NCBI GenBank assembly: GCA_034669905.1
Contig: JAXMOL010000014.1
Coordinates: 1-64,000 of the forward strand
From: Candidatus Hydrogenedentota bacterium
GTDB lineage: Bacteria > Hydrogenedentota > Hydrogenedentia > Hydrogenedentales > JAEUWI01
Length of the DNA: 64,000 nucleotides
Reading direction: 5' to 3'
The notes under the pieces are model-generated. The model did no database searches. It worked only from the letters and a program-made list of their open reading frames with translations, and was not told the DNA's origin. Positions 1-10,151 of this stretch are shown one piece after another. How positions within the stretch are numbered: position 1 is the first letter of the stretch; every line of letters starts with the position of its first letter. A program made the translations under genes and the position numbers.

Positions 1-519
1 GCACGGATTGTTACTTTTTTAGGGGCGAGTTGACGCCATCGGTACAGTCCCCGGGGACTGCACCGACGCAGTAAACGCAACAAAGCGAACGTCACGCCGA
101 GGCGAAACAGGCCGCTCCAAAAAAGCATGGCACACCCGGACGTCGGGGCTGTCCCCCTCTTCAAGAACTTAAACGCCCTACGGGCCCGTCGTCTATCGAG
201 CTTCCACGCACACGAACCGGCAGGGCCGGATCGCGTGGCACGGATTGTTACTTTTTTAGGGGCGAGTTGACGCCATCGGTACAGTCCCCGGGGACTGCAC
301 CGACGCAGTAAACGCAACAAAGCGAACGTCACGCCGTGGCAAAACAGGCCGCTCCCAAAAAGCATGGCACACCCGGACGTCGGGGCTGTCCCCCTCTCCA
401 CACAAAACGGGGACTGCACCGACGCAGTTAACGCGACAAAGCGAACGTCACGCCGAGGCGAAACAGGCCGCTCCCAAAAAGCATGGCACACCCGGACGTC
501 GGGGCTGTCCCCCTCTCCA
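1..519. repeat. Tandem direct repeats (periods 237 and 119 bp) carrying three copies of a 104-bp REP-doublet element (family A)
   Basis: 1-160 recurs at 238-397. The core GGGGACTGCACCGACG...CGTCGGGGCTGTCCCC occurs at 53-156, 290-393 and 409-512. Confidence 0.9.
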
Positions 520-568
520 AGATCTCCCTCTTTCCCGCAACGCCATTCCGCAGATCACGCTGCAAGAT

Positions 569-672
569 GGGGACAGCCCCGACTGTCACGCTCATCAAGC
601 CAAAACACCGTCACAGGCAAACCACGGGGCGCTTGTCTCCAAAAGCGAAATGGTGACGTCGGTGCAGTCCCC
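569..672. repeat. Family A 104-bp REP doublet, inverted orientation
   Basis: GGGGACAGCCCCGAC at 569 and CGTCGGTGCAGTCCCC ending at 672. Same length as copies 1-3 but a different interior. Confidence 0.85.
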
Positions 673-760
673 GCACTCCCCAAGTGTAAGAAGGCCCCCC
701 CGTGCAGGTAGAATCAAGGGCAACACGTCGTAACCCCAGCCCAAACGAGTACCCCAAACC

Positions 761-2464
761 ATGCGCACCCTCTACCAGGCACTCGATTTTCTGCACACCC
801 GCATTACCCCCTACGACCGGGTCACCCCCCTGAGCCCCGCCCGTATTCCCGGGCTGGCGCTCACCCACAAAATCGTGGTCGCCCTGCTCCTCCTCTTCAT
901 CGCACTCGGCGCCCTCCTCGTCTTCGGGGGCTACATCGACAACAAGCCCACCACCGCCAGCACGGGCCTCGTCACCGCCCACCGCATGGTCACCCTGAAC
1001 CCCGGCGGCTGGTTTTCCGAAGGCATCTGGTGGCGCGGCAAACAGACCCCCACACCCCTGCCCTTTACCCTCCACGGCGCATTCTTCGCCCTCTTTGGCT
1101 ACACCATCCGGGGCATCCTCTTCCTCCATGTGTGTCTCGGCGCGCTCGCGGGCACGCTGCTCTACCGGATAACGGCCCGGCGTTTCGGCGCGGGCACCGG
1201 GCTCCTGGCCATACTCCTCTATCTCATGGCGCCCCTGACCCTCTACGTAAACCTCAGTGGCTGGACCTTCGTCTGGGCGACCCTCTTCTTGCTCGCGTCC
1301 ATCGACCTGCTGGACAAGGCCGTGTTGGCAAAACGCATCCCCTACTACCTGCTCGCCGGGCTCCTCCTCGGGTGCGCGGGCATGAGTCGGCCGGAAAACT
1401 ACGCCGTGGCGGCCCTGGTACTCCTCTTCGTTCATATCCCCCTGCGATACCGCATCCTCTTCCTGCTCCTCGCCTTTTCCTATCCCCTCGCCCAATACCT
1501 GCACAACAATGTCTATCTCGGGGACCGCTCCGGACTCCGCATCCTCAACGATTCCCGCAGTGACATGACCGCCCTCAGCCTCTTTCAGGAGTGGTTTGGC
1601 AGCGTCCACCGTAACGTCCTCCAGCGAAACTTCGTTCCCGCCGCGCAATGGCTCCTCGTTCCGGCCGTCCTTTTTTTGGGCCTGCCGCGCCATCGCTTTC
1701 TCACTGGCGTGCTCGCCTATTTCACCGTCGCCTTCTTCGCGGCCTACGCCATGCGCCGCATCTCCTTCAACCACGAGGGCTACTACTACGCCCACGTCGT
1801 CCTCACCATGCCCTTTCTCGCCGCCCTGTTGGGATGGCTCGCCACCCAGGTCACGGCCGCCTTCCGGCGCATCGGCATGCCAACCCGCCGGGCCTTGATT
1901 CCGGCCGTCTTGCTACTCACTATCGGATTAACGGCGCAGGCCTGGCTGTTGCGCGATGCCTACCGCGACCGCCTTTTCTTCCGCGTACCGGAGCCCGTCC
2001 GTGAAGTCAGAGACTTCCTTCAGCGGGAACTCCAACCCGACGACCGCCTGGTACTCGACTATTTCCGGGAGGTTTCCTGGATGATTGCCGAGGTGGAAGG
2101 ACCCGAAGGGCGGGATCTCTACTACTATGAATCCAACCCCTCGAAAATCCCCCGTCCCCGGGTCAACGCCACCCGCAAAGACATCGCCCCGGATGAGCAA
2201 GCCCTCATGAACACATGGGTCGGTACGAATTATGCCCTCTGGCATGCCCAGAAGCCCCCGCGCTTCATTGTCACCCAGTCCGATGCCGCCTGGACCCGGG
2301 AACGGGATCGTCCCCGCGCCATGGGGCACTACCGCATGTACTCCCTCCGCCCCGCCCTGGGCATTGACGTACCGGGTGGCCACCTGCTCACGGGCACGGT
2401 GGTGTTCGAAAACGCGGAGTTCGTCATTCTCGAACGCCACCCCGACGCCCCTGACAAACTGTGA
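761..2464 (+). CDS. Polytopic membrane glycosyltransferase (GT-C fold, PMT/ArnT-like)
   Basis: 567 aa with many TM segments, an 'LLGCAGMSRPE' motif and a soluble C-terminal domain. Lies upstream of wzm/wzt. Confidence 0.65.
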   Translation: MRTLYQALDFLHTRITPYDRVTPLSPARIPGLALTHKIVVALLLLFIALGALLVFGGYIDNKPTTASTGLVTAHRMVTLNPGGWFSEGIWWRGKQTPTPLPFTLHGAFFALFGYTIRGILFLHVCLGALAGTLLYRITARRFGAGTGLLAILLYLMAPLTLYVNLSGWTFVWATLFLLASIDLLDKAVLAKRIPYYLLAGLLLGCAGMSRPENYAVAALVLLFVHIPLRYRILFLLLAFSYPLAQYLHNNVYLGDRSGLRILNDSRSDMTALSLFQEWFGSVHRNVLQRNFVPAAQWLLVPAVLFLGLPRHRFLTGVLAYFTVAFFAAYAMRRISFNHEGYYYAHVVLTMPFLAALLGWLATQVTAAFRRIGMPTRRALIPAVLLLTIGLTAQAWLLRDAYRDRLFFRVPEPVREVRDFLQRELQPDDRLVLDYFREVSWMIAEVEGPEGRDLYYYESNPSKIPRPRVNATRKDIAPDEQALMNTWVGTNYALWHAQKPPRFIVTQSDAAWTRERDRPRAMGHYRMYSLRPALGIDVPGGHLLTGTVVFENAEFVILERHPDAPDKL

Positions 2465-2587
2465 ATTCTTCGAGGAGGCATTTCGCCCCCAATGGTAACC
2501 CGGGGTATACTATCCCGTTGAGCCCCTGTTTAAGGGGCCCCGGTCGGGCGCACGGAAGCGTCCGCTGACAAGAAGGTCACACGCGCT

Positions 2588-4525
2588 ATGAGATTTACCG
2601 ATATCGGGCCCACAGGACGCACCCTGGCCACGCTGTTGCTCGTCGCAGGGCTCCTCTTCGGAAGCCCGGCTGCGGTGCAGGCCCAGGTCAACACCCCCCT
2701 GGAAAAACTCAAGACCATGGCGGCCGACAGCAGCACGCCCCCCGATCTGGCGCGCGCCGCCCTTCTCGGCGCCCAACTCGTCCGCCCGGCGGTCGACCCG
2801 GATGCCTACCTCGCACAGCTCGATCAACTGGCCGCCGAGGCCCGGGTGCAACTCCAGAGCGTTACCGCGGCCGTTGATGCCACCAACATCCTCTCCAACT
2901 ACCTCTACAACGGCCTCGGCTATGCCAACAGTGCCGTGCTCTCCGCCGACGTCTTCGTGGGACTGGACCAGGTGCTCGAAGGGCGCCAGTGGAATTGCGT
3001 CGGCATGTCGCTCCTCTATGTGGCCCTCGGTGATCGCCTCGGCATTCCCCTGCAGATGGTAGCGGGCTACGGCCACGTCTTCGTCGCCTACACCGGCACC
3101 GCCACCTTCTACCTCGAGACCACTGCGAGCGGCCGTCTGGAAGCGACGCGGGACTATCTCCGGGAGTATCTGCCTTTCCCCTGCACCGACCCCACCTCCT
3201 ACGTGGCCCTGAATCCCCGGGAATCCGTGGCCCTGTGCCTCACCCAGATGGGCCTTGCCATGCAGCGGGATGGGCGAATCGAGCTGGCCCGCACCCTCTT
3301 CAACCTGGCCCTCGAGTTTTCCCCCAACTACGCCGAGGCCCACGGTGGTCTCGCCTTTCTCCTGATAGCCGAAGGCAAGGGGACGGAAGCGATCACAACC
3401 TTTGAGCGGGCCATCTCCTTGAATCCCGACTTTCGGGAAGGCTATGGCGGCCTGGGCAACGCCCTCGCCGCCCAGGGCAACACCCTGCGCGCCATTGAGG
3501 CCTACCGCACCCTGGTGGCCCTCTGCCCCGAAGAGCCCACGGCCATTTTCAATCTGGGCCAGTTGCTTTACGATACCGGTAACCTGGAAGACGCCATCGC
3601 GGCCTTTGACCGCTACATCGAACTGGAACCCCAGGATCCCGAAGGCTACATGCGCATCGCCTTTCCTCTGGAAGATATCGGCAACATGGAACGGGCCGCA
3701 GAGGCCTACAACCGGGTTCTTCAACTGGCCCCCGGCAACGTGAACGCCCTGAGCAATCTCGGTAACATTCTGGAGAATGTGGGCGACCTGGAGTCTGCCA
3801 TGGGAGCCTACGAGCGGGCCCTCACCGTCAACCCCCAGTACTTGCAGGCCATGGCCGGCGTCTCCCGCGTGTTGGGCAAGGCGGGACGCTTCGATGATGC
3901 CCTCCGCACCTTCCGCGACACCCTCCGTATCTACCCCGGAGAAGCCTTCGTCTGGGTGGATCTGGGCCGCCTCTTTGAGCGGGCCGGGGACTATCGGCAG
4001 GCCATCGGCGCCTACCAGGAAGCCACCCGCGTTGCACCGCTGGAAACGGAAGGCTACTACGCCCTCGCCGAAACCTTTCTGGGCCTCGGTATGAATCAGG
4101 AAGCCCGACAGATCCAGGAACAGGTCCGCCTCGTCGAAGAAGAGCGGGCACGCCGCCAAGCCATCCCCCTGCCCGGCACGGAAGGCCCCGATGCCGCTGC
4201 GCCCGTGTCCCCCTTTGAAGCAGCCATGCCCGCCGAAGCGATGCCGGACGAAGAGCCTGCCCCCACAGACGAAACGCCGACCGCGCCCGAGGATGCTGCG
4301 TCACCCGAAGCACCGATGACCGAAGACGCCCCGGAGACTACGACGCCTGCGCCCGCACCGGAAGGCGAGTCGGCCGATACCACGACGGAAGAGGCCCCGG
4401 CCACCGAAGAAAAACCCGCGGTCACCCCCCCGAAAGCACCGGCACTACCCGCCCTGCCCTCCACCCGGGTCACCACGCCCGTCAATATCCCGATTCCACC
4501 GGCACCGGAGAAGCCCGCATCGTGA
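2588..4525 (+). CDS. Exported transglutaminase-like (SirB1-type) domain + TPR repeat protein with a Pro/Glu/Thr-rich tail
   Basis: Signal peptide; 'WNCVGMSLLY...GHVFV...YLETT' Cys-His-acid pattern; about 8 TPR-like repeats ('AI..F.RAI.LNP'); low-complexity C-terminus. Confidence 0.8.
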   Translation: MRFTDIGPTGRTLATLLLVAGLLFGSPAAVQAQVNTPLEKLKTMAADSSTPPDLARAALLGAQLVRPAVDPDAYLAQLDQLAAEARVQLQSVTAAVDATNILSNYLYNGLGYANSAVLSADVFVGLDQVLEGRQWNCVGMSLLYVALGDRLGIPLQMVAGYGHVFVAYTGTATFYLETTASGRLEATRDYLREYLPFPCTDPTSYVALNPRESVALCLTQMGLAMQRDGRIELARTLFNLALEFSPNYAEAHGGLAFLLIAEGKGTEAITTFERAISLNPDFREGYGGLGNALAAQGNTLRAIEAYRTLVALCPEEPTAIFNLGQLLYDTGNLEDAIAAFDRYIELEPQDPEGYMRIAFPLEDIGNMERAAEAYNRVLQLAPGNVNALSNLGNILENVGDLESAMGAYERALTVNPQYLQAMAGVSRVLGKAGRFDDALRTFRDTLRIYPGEAFVWVDLGRLFERAGDYRQAIGAYQEATRVAPLETEGYYALAETFLGLGMNQEARQIQEQVRLVEEERARRQAIPLPGTEGPDAAAPVSPFEAAMPAEAMPDEEPAPTDETPTAPEDAASPEAPMTEDAPETTTPAPAPEGESADTTTEEAPATEEKPAVTPPKAPALPALPSTRVTTPVNIPIPPAPEKPAS

Positions 4526-4562
4526 AAGACCTCCTCCCATCGCCACAGGCAACCTACGGCCC

Positions 4563-5414
4563 ATGAGCGAACCGGTCTATCGCTATGCCGCCACGTCCCA
4601 ATCGCGCCATCCGGCGACGGTGGGGCGCGCCATCCTTCACGGCTTCTTCCATGCCCGCTACACCGCCTACCGCCTCGCCCTGAAAGACATTAAGGGGGCC
4701 TACGCCAAGTCGAGCCTGGGACTTCTCTGGGATCTCGCCGACCCCCTCATGTTCGGGGCCATCTTCTACACCCTCGTCGCGGCGGGTATCCTGCACCCCG
4801 GCGAAATGGCCATTCCCTATGCCCTCTTCGTCACCTACGGCATGCTCCTCTATCTTACCTTCACCGAATCGCTCCTGGCCTCCCTCCGCCTCTTTCGGAG
4901 CTCCCGGGGACTCCTGAGCCACGTGAAGATTGCCCCGGAGGCCCTGGTGCTCTCCGTCTTTTTTCGCATGCTCTTTAACAGCAGCTTCCGCATCCTCGTC
5001 CTGCTGATCCTCACCCTCATGATGACCAGCCTGCCCCCATCCGGGATCGCGGGCAAGCTCCTCGATCTGGGTATCTTTCTACTCCTCTTTCTCGCACTCA
5101 TCATGGCCGGCATGGCCATCGGACTCTTCCTGGCGCCCTTCAACGCCCTCTTTACCGACGTCGAGCGCGTGGTGGGCCTGGTCATTCTGCCCCTGCGCTT
5201 TGCCACCCCGGTGTTCTACACCATCGCCAATACCAAGGTGATCCTGCTCAATCCCGTGGCCATGCTGATCGTCAACCTCCGCGACGTGGCCACCCACCAG
5301 GGATTCTATGCCCCCGGGGCCCTGCTGGCCTGGATCGCCCTGTTCGCCATCCTCTTTGCCGTGGCCACCTACCTCTTCCACCTCGCCGTACCCGTCCTTT
5401 CGGAGCGTGCGTAA
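4563..5414 (+). CDS. wzm: ABC-2 polysaccharide export permease
   Basis: 'DIKGAYAKSSLGLLWDLADPL', about 6 TMs, 'FATPVFY', 'LLNP'. Its stop overlaps the wzt start (TAATG). Confidence 0.85.
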   Translation: MSEPVYRYAATSQSRHPATVGRAILHGFFHARYTAYRLALKDIKGAYAKSSLGLLWDLADPLMFGAIFYTLVAAGILHPGEMAIPYALFVTYGMLLYLTFTESLLASLRLFRSSRGLLSHVKIAPEALVLSVFFRMLFNSSFRILVLLILTLMMTSLPPSGIAGKLLDLGIFLLLFLALIMAGMAIGLFLAPFNALFTDVERVVGLVILPLRFATPVFYTIANTKVILLNPVAMLIVNLRDVATHQGFYAPGALLAWIALFAILFAVATYLFHLAVPVLSERA

Positions 5415-6697
5415 TGGATCCCATTATCTCCGTAGACGGTGTGGCGAAACGCTACTCTCGGAAAGCCCAATCCCACCGGGGCTATGGACTCACCGATTTT
5501 CTGCGCGAAGTCTTCGACCGCCCCCAGGCCACCGAACTGCGCAAGGATGAATTCTGGGCGCTCCAGGAAACCTCCTTCACCATGGCGCGGGGCGATTCCC
5601 TGGCCCTTATCGGACGAAACGGTGCGGGAAAAAGCACCCTGCTCAAGATGATGAATGGCCTCACCAAACCGGACCAGGGCGTCATCGAAATGCGCGGACG
5701 GGTCCAGGCCCTCATCAACCTCGGGGCAGGTTTTAACCCGGCGTTGACCGGCATGGAAAACATTTACAATGCGGCTTCCCTGGCGGGACTGAAGCACCGC
5801 GACGTGCGGGACATCGTCGACACCGTGGTCGAATTCGCCGAACTGGAAGACGCCATCGAGAGCCCGGTAGAAACCTACAGCTCGGGCATGAAGGCCCGAC
5901 TTGGATTCGCCGTCGCCGTGCACCTGAAACCCGACATCCTTCTCATCGACGAAGTGCTCGCCGTGGGCGATTTCGCCTTTCAGAACAAGTGCTTCCTCCG
6001 CATGGAGCAACTGAAGCAGGACGGCGTCACCATCGTCTTTGTATCCCACAGCCACAACACGGCCATCAAACTCTGTGAGCGGGCCCTGTGGCTCCATCAG
6101 GGTCAGGTCATGGCCGAAGGGGATGCGACGGCCACCGTACAGCGCTATCTGGAATACCTGGAGAGTCTGGAAGAGAAAAAGTTTCTCGCCCAACCCGCGC
6201 CCACCCAGGCACCGAAAAAGTCTGCGCCCGAAGAAACGCCCGCCGAACCAAAGGGAGAGCAGCTCTACGGCCCCGTGGTCTCGGAAGAAACGCATGTGAC
6301 GGATATCGCCTGTGACGTGCGCATCGGCGGAAAGACGACCGACGTGGTCCCTGTCCACAGCGCCGTGGATATCTCCTTTTCCTTTACCTTGAAGCGGCGG
6401 GTGGAAGGACTGAGCACCACCCTCAACTTTTTCCGGGAAGACGGCCTCTTGCTGGGCATTGTGACCACCCTCTATGAAAAGCGCATCGAACACATCCACG
6501 AGGGCCGGGTCACCTGCCACTTCGCCATTCCCCATCTTGATTTCGCGCCGGGCAACTATGTCATCATGGCCCCCATATCCGAGGGGCAAGGCTATCTCTG
6601 GCGCGACGTCGTAAAACGTTTCTGCATCACGGGCAGCGGTACCGTCGCTGCCGGGGTCCTCTACCTGCGCCATGACTTTGACCTGCATCATGAATAG
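5414..6697 (+). CDS. wzt: Polysaccharide ABC exporter ATPase with a C-terminal Wzt_C-like carbohydrate-binding domain
   Basis: 'FWAL', Walker A GRNGAGKST, 'YSSGMKARLGFA', 'LIDEVLAVGD', and a beta-rich extension ending near 'PGNY'. Confidence 0.92.
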   Translation: MDPIISVDGVAKRYSRKAQSHRGYGLTDFLREVFDRPQATELRKDEFWALQETSFTMARGDSLALIGRNGAGKSTLLKMMNGLTKPDQGVIEMRGRVQALINLGAGFNPALTGMENIYNAASLAGLKHRDVRDIVDTVVEFAELEDAIESPVETYSSGMKARLGFAVAVHLKPDILLIDEVLAVGDFAFQNKCFLRMEQLKQDGVTIVFVSHSHNTAIKLCERALWLHQGQVMAEGDATATVQRYLEYLESLEEKKFLAQPAPTQAPKKSAPEETPAEPKGEQLYGPVVSEETHVTDIACDVRIGGKTTDVVPVHSAVDISFSFTLKRRVEGLSTTLNFFREDGLLLGIVTTLYEKRIEHIHEGRVTCHFAIPHLDFAPGNYVIMAPISEGQGYLWRDVVKRFCITGSGTVAAGVLYLRHDFDLHHE

Positions 6698-6772
6698 GGA
6701 CGTGGCCTCAAACAACCGGCCCGCACCGCCCAGGCGGCACGGCGCTTCCCTGGCGAAAGGGAGCCCGAAACG

Positions 6773-8383
6773 ATGAATCGGCTCGTATCCTTACTATTCC
6801 ATGGGGTGATGAAACTCCCCGGAGCACCGCAAATCTTCCACGACTACGTGCTCACACACCACGCCGCCACCCTTCGCGATTTACTCTGGAATCCCGAGGC
6901 CCCCGACACCTTGCGCCAGCGGGTGCTGGGCGAGGAGCAGGCCCATCTCAAGGAGTACCTGGCCCGCGAAGACCACGCCCTCCTCCACACGCTCGTGGAA
7001 GAAGCGGGTAGCTCGCTCCGTGCCGCCTTGCTCGAACGCATCCCCAGGGAAGCCCTGAGCGACTTCCTGTGCGCCGAAGACTTTGCCCGCTTTCGCGCCA
7101 TCGCCACCCAGGACCAGGGCGCGGCACTACGCCGGCTCCTGACCGAAAATAACCACGAACGGCTGCGGGATATGCTCGCGCGGCGGGGGTATGAAGCCCT
7201 GAAAGCCGCGGTACTCCAGGGACCCGATGATCTGTACCGTACCCTCGCCATCGCCGAAAGCGGGAAGCGTATTGCCACGATTCTCTTCGAAAACGACGCC
7301 CGCGTCCTCCGGGATATCCTTCGACAACAATCCGACGACACCCTCTTGCCCCTCTACCGCGCCGAGAAAACCCGTTTCCTGACCCTTACCCCGACCCGTG
7401 ACCTGCTGGAGGCGTTAAGCGATCGCATCGACGCACCAGAGACCGTCGACGCCGTGCTCCAACAGGGCCAACTCCGCCATGCCCTGCAGGGCTCCACACG
7501 GTGGCAGGCCAGCACCGCCCTCTACGAATCCTGGGAGGCCCTCTCCCCCTGGCTTCCCGGGGAGCGTGCGGAGACCCAGGCCGCGCGGGAACGCGGTCTG
7601 GTCGGCATTCGTGAACCCGCCCACGTTCGGGGAAGGCTCCTCGACGCCATCACCCAGGACGATATCGTGCACCTGGCCCACGGCACCCTTCGCTTCCCCT
7701 GCCGCCATTCGCTCTGGACCCTGCTCCACGAGATACTGCTTCACGAAGATTACTTTTTCCCCTGCGAGAACCCGTCGCCCCGCATCATTGATGGGGGCAC
7801 CCACATGGGCATGGCCATTTACTACTTTAAGGCACGCTATCCCCAGGCCCGCATTACCGGCTTTGAACCGGACCCCGCCCTGCGAGCGCTGGCCGAAGAA
7901 AACGTGGCGCGTAACCACTATGAAGACGTCACGGTCCTTCCCTATGCGCTGGCCAAAGAACGGGGCGAGCTCCCCTTTTACCGCTCCGAATCCTGGACCA
8001 TGGCGGGCGCGCTGGACGATCGGCGCAGCCAACTGGGAGATGCCGTCGAAGCCATCCAGGTGGAGACGGTGCCACTGAGCGACTACCTCGACGAACCGGT
8101 GGACTTCCTGAAACTGGATGTCGAAGGCGCGGAAGCCGATGTGCTCACCGAGGCCGCAGCGAAGTTGCCCAACGTCGCCTGGCTCTTTTGTGAAGTCCAT
8201 CTTGGAGGCGGTGTGGACTCAGAGCGCCTGGCCCGAATTCTAACCCTCTTGGAAGAGGCCGACTTTGATGTGCAGGTGGCGAAATCCCACAATTTCCAGC
8301 ACACGTCCCACCACCGTCCCTTCACCCACTTTGACGGATCTGCCTCAATGATTGTCTGGGCGCGCAACCGCCGGAACCTATAG
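6773..8383 (+). CDS. FkbM-family SAM methyltransferase with an N-terminal helical repeat region
   Basis: 'IIDGGTHMG', 'FEPDP', 'LKLDVEGAE' in the C-terminal half; 12-aa periodic repeats in the N-terminal half. Confidence 0.88.
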   Translation: MNRLVSLLFHGVMKLPGAPQIFHDYVLTHHAATLRDLLWNPEAPDTLRQRVLGEEQAHLKEYLAREDHALLHTLVEEAGSSLRAALLERIPREALSDFLCAEDFARFRAIATQDQGAALRRLLTENNHERLRDMLARRGYEALKAAVLQGPDDLYRTLAIAESGKRIATILFENDARVLRDILRQQSDDTLLPLYRAEKTRFLTLTPTRDLLEALSDRIDAPETVDAVLQQGQLRHALQGSTRWQASTALYESWEALSPWLPGERAETQAARERGLVGIREPAHVRGRLLDAITQDDIVHLAHGTLRFPCRHSLWTLLHEILLHEDYFFPCENPSPRIIDGGTHMGMAIYYFKARYPQARITGFEPDPALRALAEENVARNHYEDVTVLPYALAKERGELPFYRSESWTMAGALDDRRSQLGDAVEAIQVETVPLSDYLDEPVDFLKLDVEGAEADVLTEAAAKLPNVAWLFCEVHLGGGVDSERLARILTLLEEADFDVQVAKSHNFQHTSHHRPFTHFDGSASMIVWARNRRNL

Positions 8384-8747
8384 GGACGTTTTGCCGCACG
8401 TGAACGACGCCGTAGCGCGGTCACCCGGAAATCTAAACATACACCCACCCCAGTGATAGCCACCCCGACGCGGCAACATGTCCCGGCGGCACAGGGAAAA
8501 GAGTGACGCCCCACAAAAGACCACCACAAAGGTGCCACCCGCCTGCGGCGCGTCGTGGACCTTCAAAGACTCGCGCACCGCGAGCGGCGTTGTGGGTGCG
8601 GCGATGTCCCAGTGCCCAGGCAGACGCTTCGCCTACAACCCAATCTCCCCTTCACTCCCCCCACCCATTTCGTTATACTGCCCGTTCACCAGGAATTACC
8701 GGTGCCGATTCCGGGCACCGAGGAAGCACAGGAAGGATTCTGTTTTT

Positions 8748-10151
8748 ATGCGCAGTGTACGAGATTTCGGGGCCGTGGGCGACGGCGTGGCCGATGATAC
8801 GACCGCCATTCAACATGCCGTCGAGCAGGGGGTCAACCTGCTCCATTTCGAGCCGGGCCACTATCGCATCACCCGCTCCATCGTGATTGATATGGCCGCC
8901 TCCGGCTATACGAGCATCTCCGGCAGTGCCGGCACCACCAAGGTTATCATGGACGGCGCCGGACCGGCCTTCGACTTCCGGGGCAACCACGACGGTAGCG
9001 CAGATCCCGAGCGGTTCAAGGCACAAATCTGGGCCCAGGAGCGGATGCCCCTGATTCAAGGTATCGAAATCGAAGGCCGCCACCCGGAAGCCGACGGCAT
9101 TCATTGTTACCAGACCGCCATGAGCACCTTTGAAGGGGTCATGCTGCGCAAGTTGCGCCACGGCATCCATTTCACCCAGCGGGCCCGCAACGTGCTCATC
9201 AGCCATTGTCACATCTACGACAACTCGGGCGTGGGAGTCTTTCTCGATCACGTGAACCTGCACCAGGCCATCATCGCGAGCAGCCACATCAGCTACAACA
9301 AGCGCTCCGGCATCAAGATCCTGAATGGAGAGGTCCGCAACATCCAAATCACGGGCAACGACATCGAATACAATTACGACCGCCACGAGAAAGAAGGAGC
9401 CCCCGCCAGCGCGGAGATCTGGATCGAAACCACCGGCGAAAAGGCGTCCATCCGCGAGGGCACCATCGCCAGCAACACCATCCAGGCGCGCTACGCCCCC
9501 GGCGGTGCCAACATCCGTTTTCTGGGAAACCCGGAGGAGAACCACCACACGGGGCTCTTCGCCATCAGCGGCAATATGATTGGCAGCCAGGAAACCAACA
9601 TCGACCTCAACTCCGCCCGGGGCATCACCGTCAGCGGCAATATCATCTACAGCGGTCACCAGCGCAATCTCCGCGTCACCAACAGCCGCAACATCGTGGT
9701 CACGGGCAACACCTTCGACCACAACTATGGCTACCTCCCCAAAGAGCTGGCCACCGGCATCACCTTCGAAGGTAGCACGGACTGCACCTTCAGCGGTTCC
9801 AACATCCACGATGCCTACGCCGGTGAACACACGGCCAACACGCCCGTAAAGATCGAGCGAAAGGGATTGGTAGAGGTCCACGACTGCAAGCGCATGGTTT
9901 TCAGTGCCTGCCAGATTCTCGACCCCGGCCTGCCCGGCTTCCACCTGAAGAACTGCGACCTCGTCCACATCCAGGGCTGCTCCATCCTCGATGGCCACGA
10001 AGCCCCCACGATGCCCCACGCCATCCTGTGGGAAGGTCCCGGCACCGCCAACCAAATCAGCGGCTGCACCCTGAGCAAGGGCACCGACGGCGCCCTCAAC
10101 GCCGCCGCCGAAGCCAACGTGAAAATTGGCGACAATCTCGAAACCGTATAG
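8748..10151 (+). CDS. Right-handed parallel beta-helix protein (pectate-lyase-3-like N-terminus)
   Basis: 'SVRDFGAVGDGVADDTTAIQ' plus repeated 'I.GN.I' strands. ATG at 8748 follows AGGA; the upstream in-frame extension looks non-coding. Confidence 0.85.
   Translation: MRSVRDFGAVGDGVADDTTAIQHAVEQGVNLLHFEPGHYRITRSIVIDMAASGYTSISGSAGTTKVIMDGAGPAFDFRGNHDGSADPERFKAQIWAQERMPLIQGIEIEGRHPEADGIHCYQTAMSTFEGVMLRKLRHGIHFTQRARNVLISHCHIYDNSGVGVFLDHVNLHQAIIASSHISYNKRSGIKILNGEVRNIQITGNDIEYNYDRHEKEGAPASAEIWIETTGEKASIREGTIASNTIQARYAPGGANIRFLGNPEENHHTGLFAISGNMIGSQETNIDLNSARGITVSGNIIYSGHQRNLRVTNSRNIVVTGNTFDHNYGYLPKELATGITFEGSTDCTFSGSNIHDAYAGEHTANTPVKIERKGLVEVHDCKRMVFSACQILDPGLPGFHLKNCDLVHIQGCSILDGHEAPTMPHAILWEGPGTANQISGCTLSKGTDGALNAAAEANVKIGDNLETV

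Noticed and set aside
1..672. CRISPR array
   Set aside because: Units are over 100 bp, the intervening sequences are near-identical or inverted, the period is irregular and there are no cas genes. A REP-doublet interpretation fits better.
364..711. 115-aa ORF
   Set aside because: It is a translation of REP repeats with no protein-like features.
611..4159. Long antisense ORFs (611-1795, 2510-4159 and similar ones throughout the window)
   Set aside because: They are shadow ORFs typical of high-GC coding DNA; the opposite strand carries the recognisable motifs.
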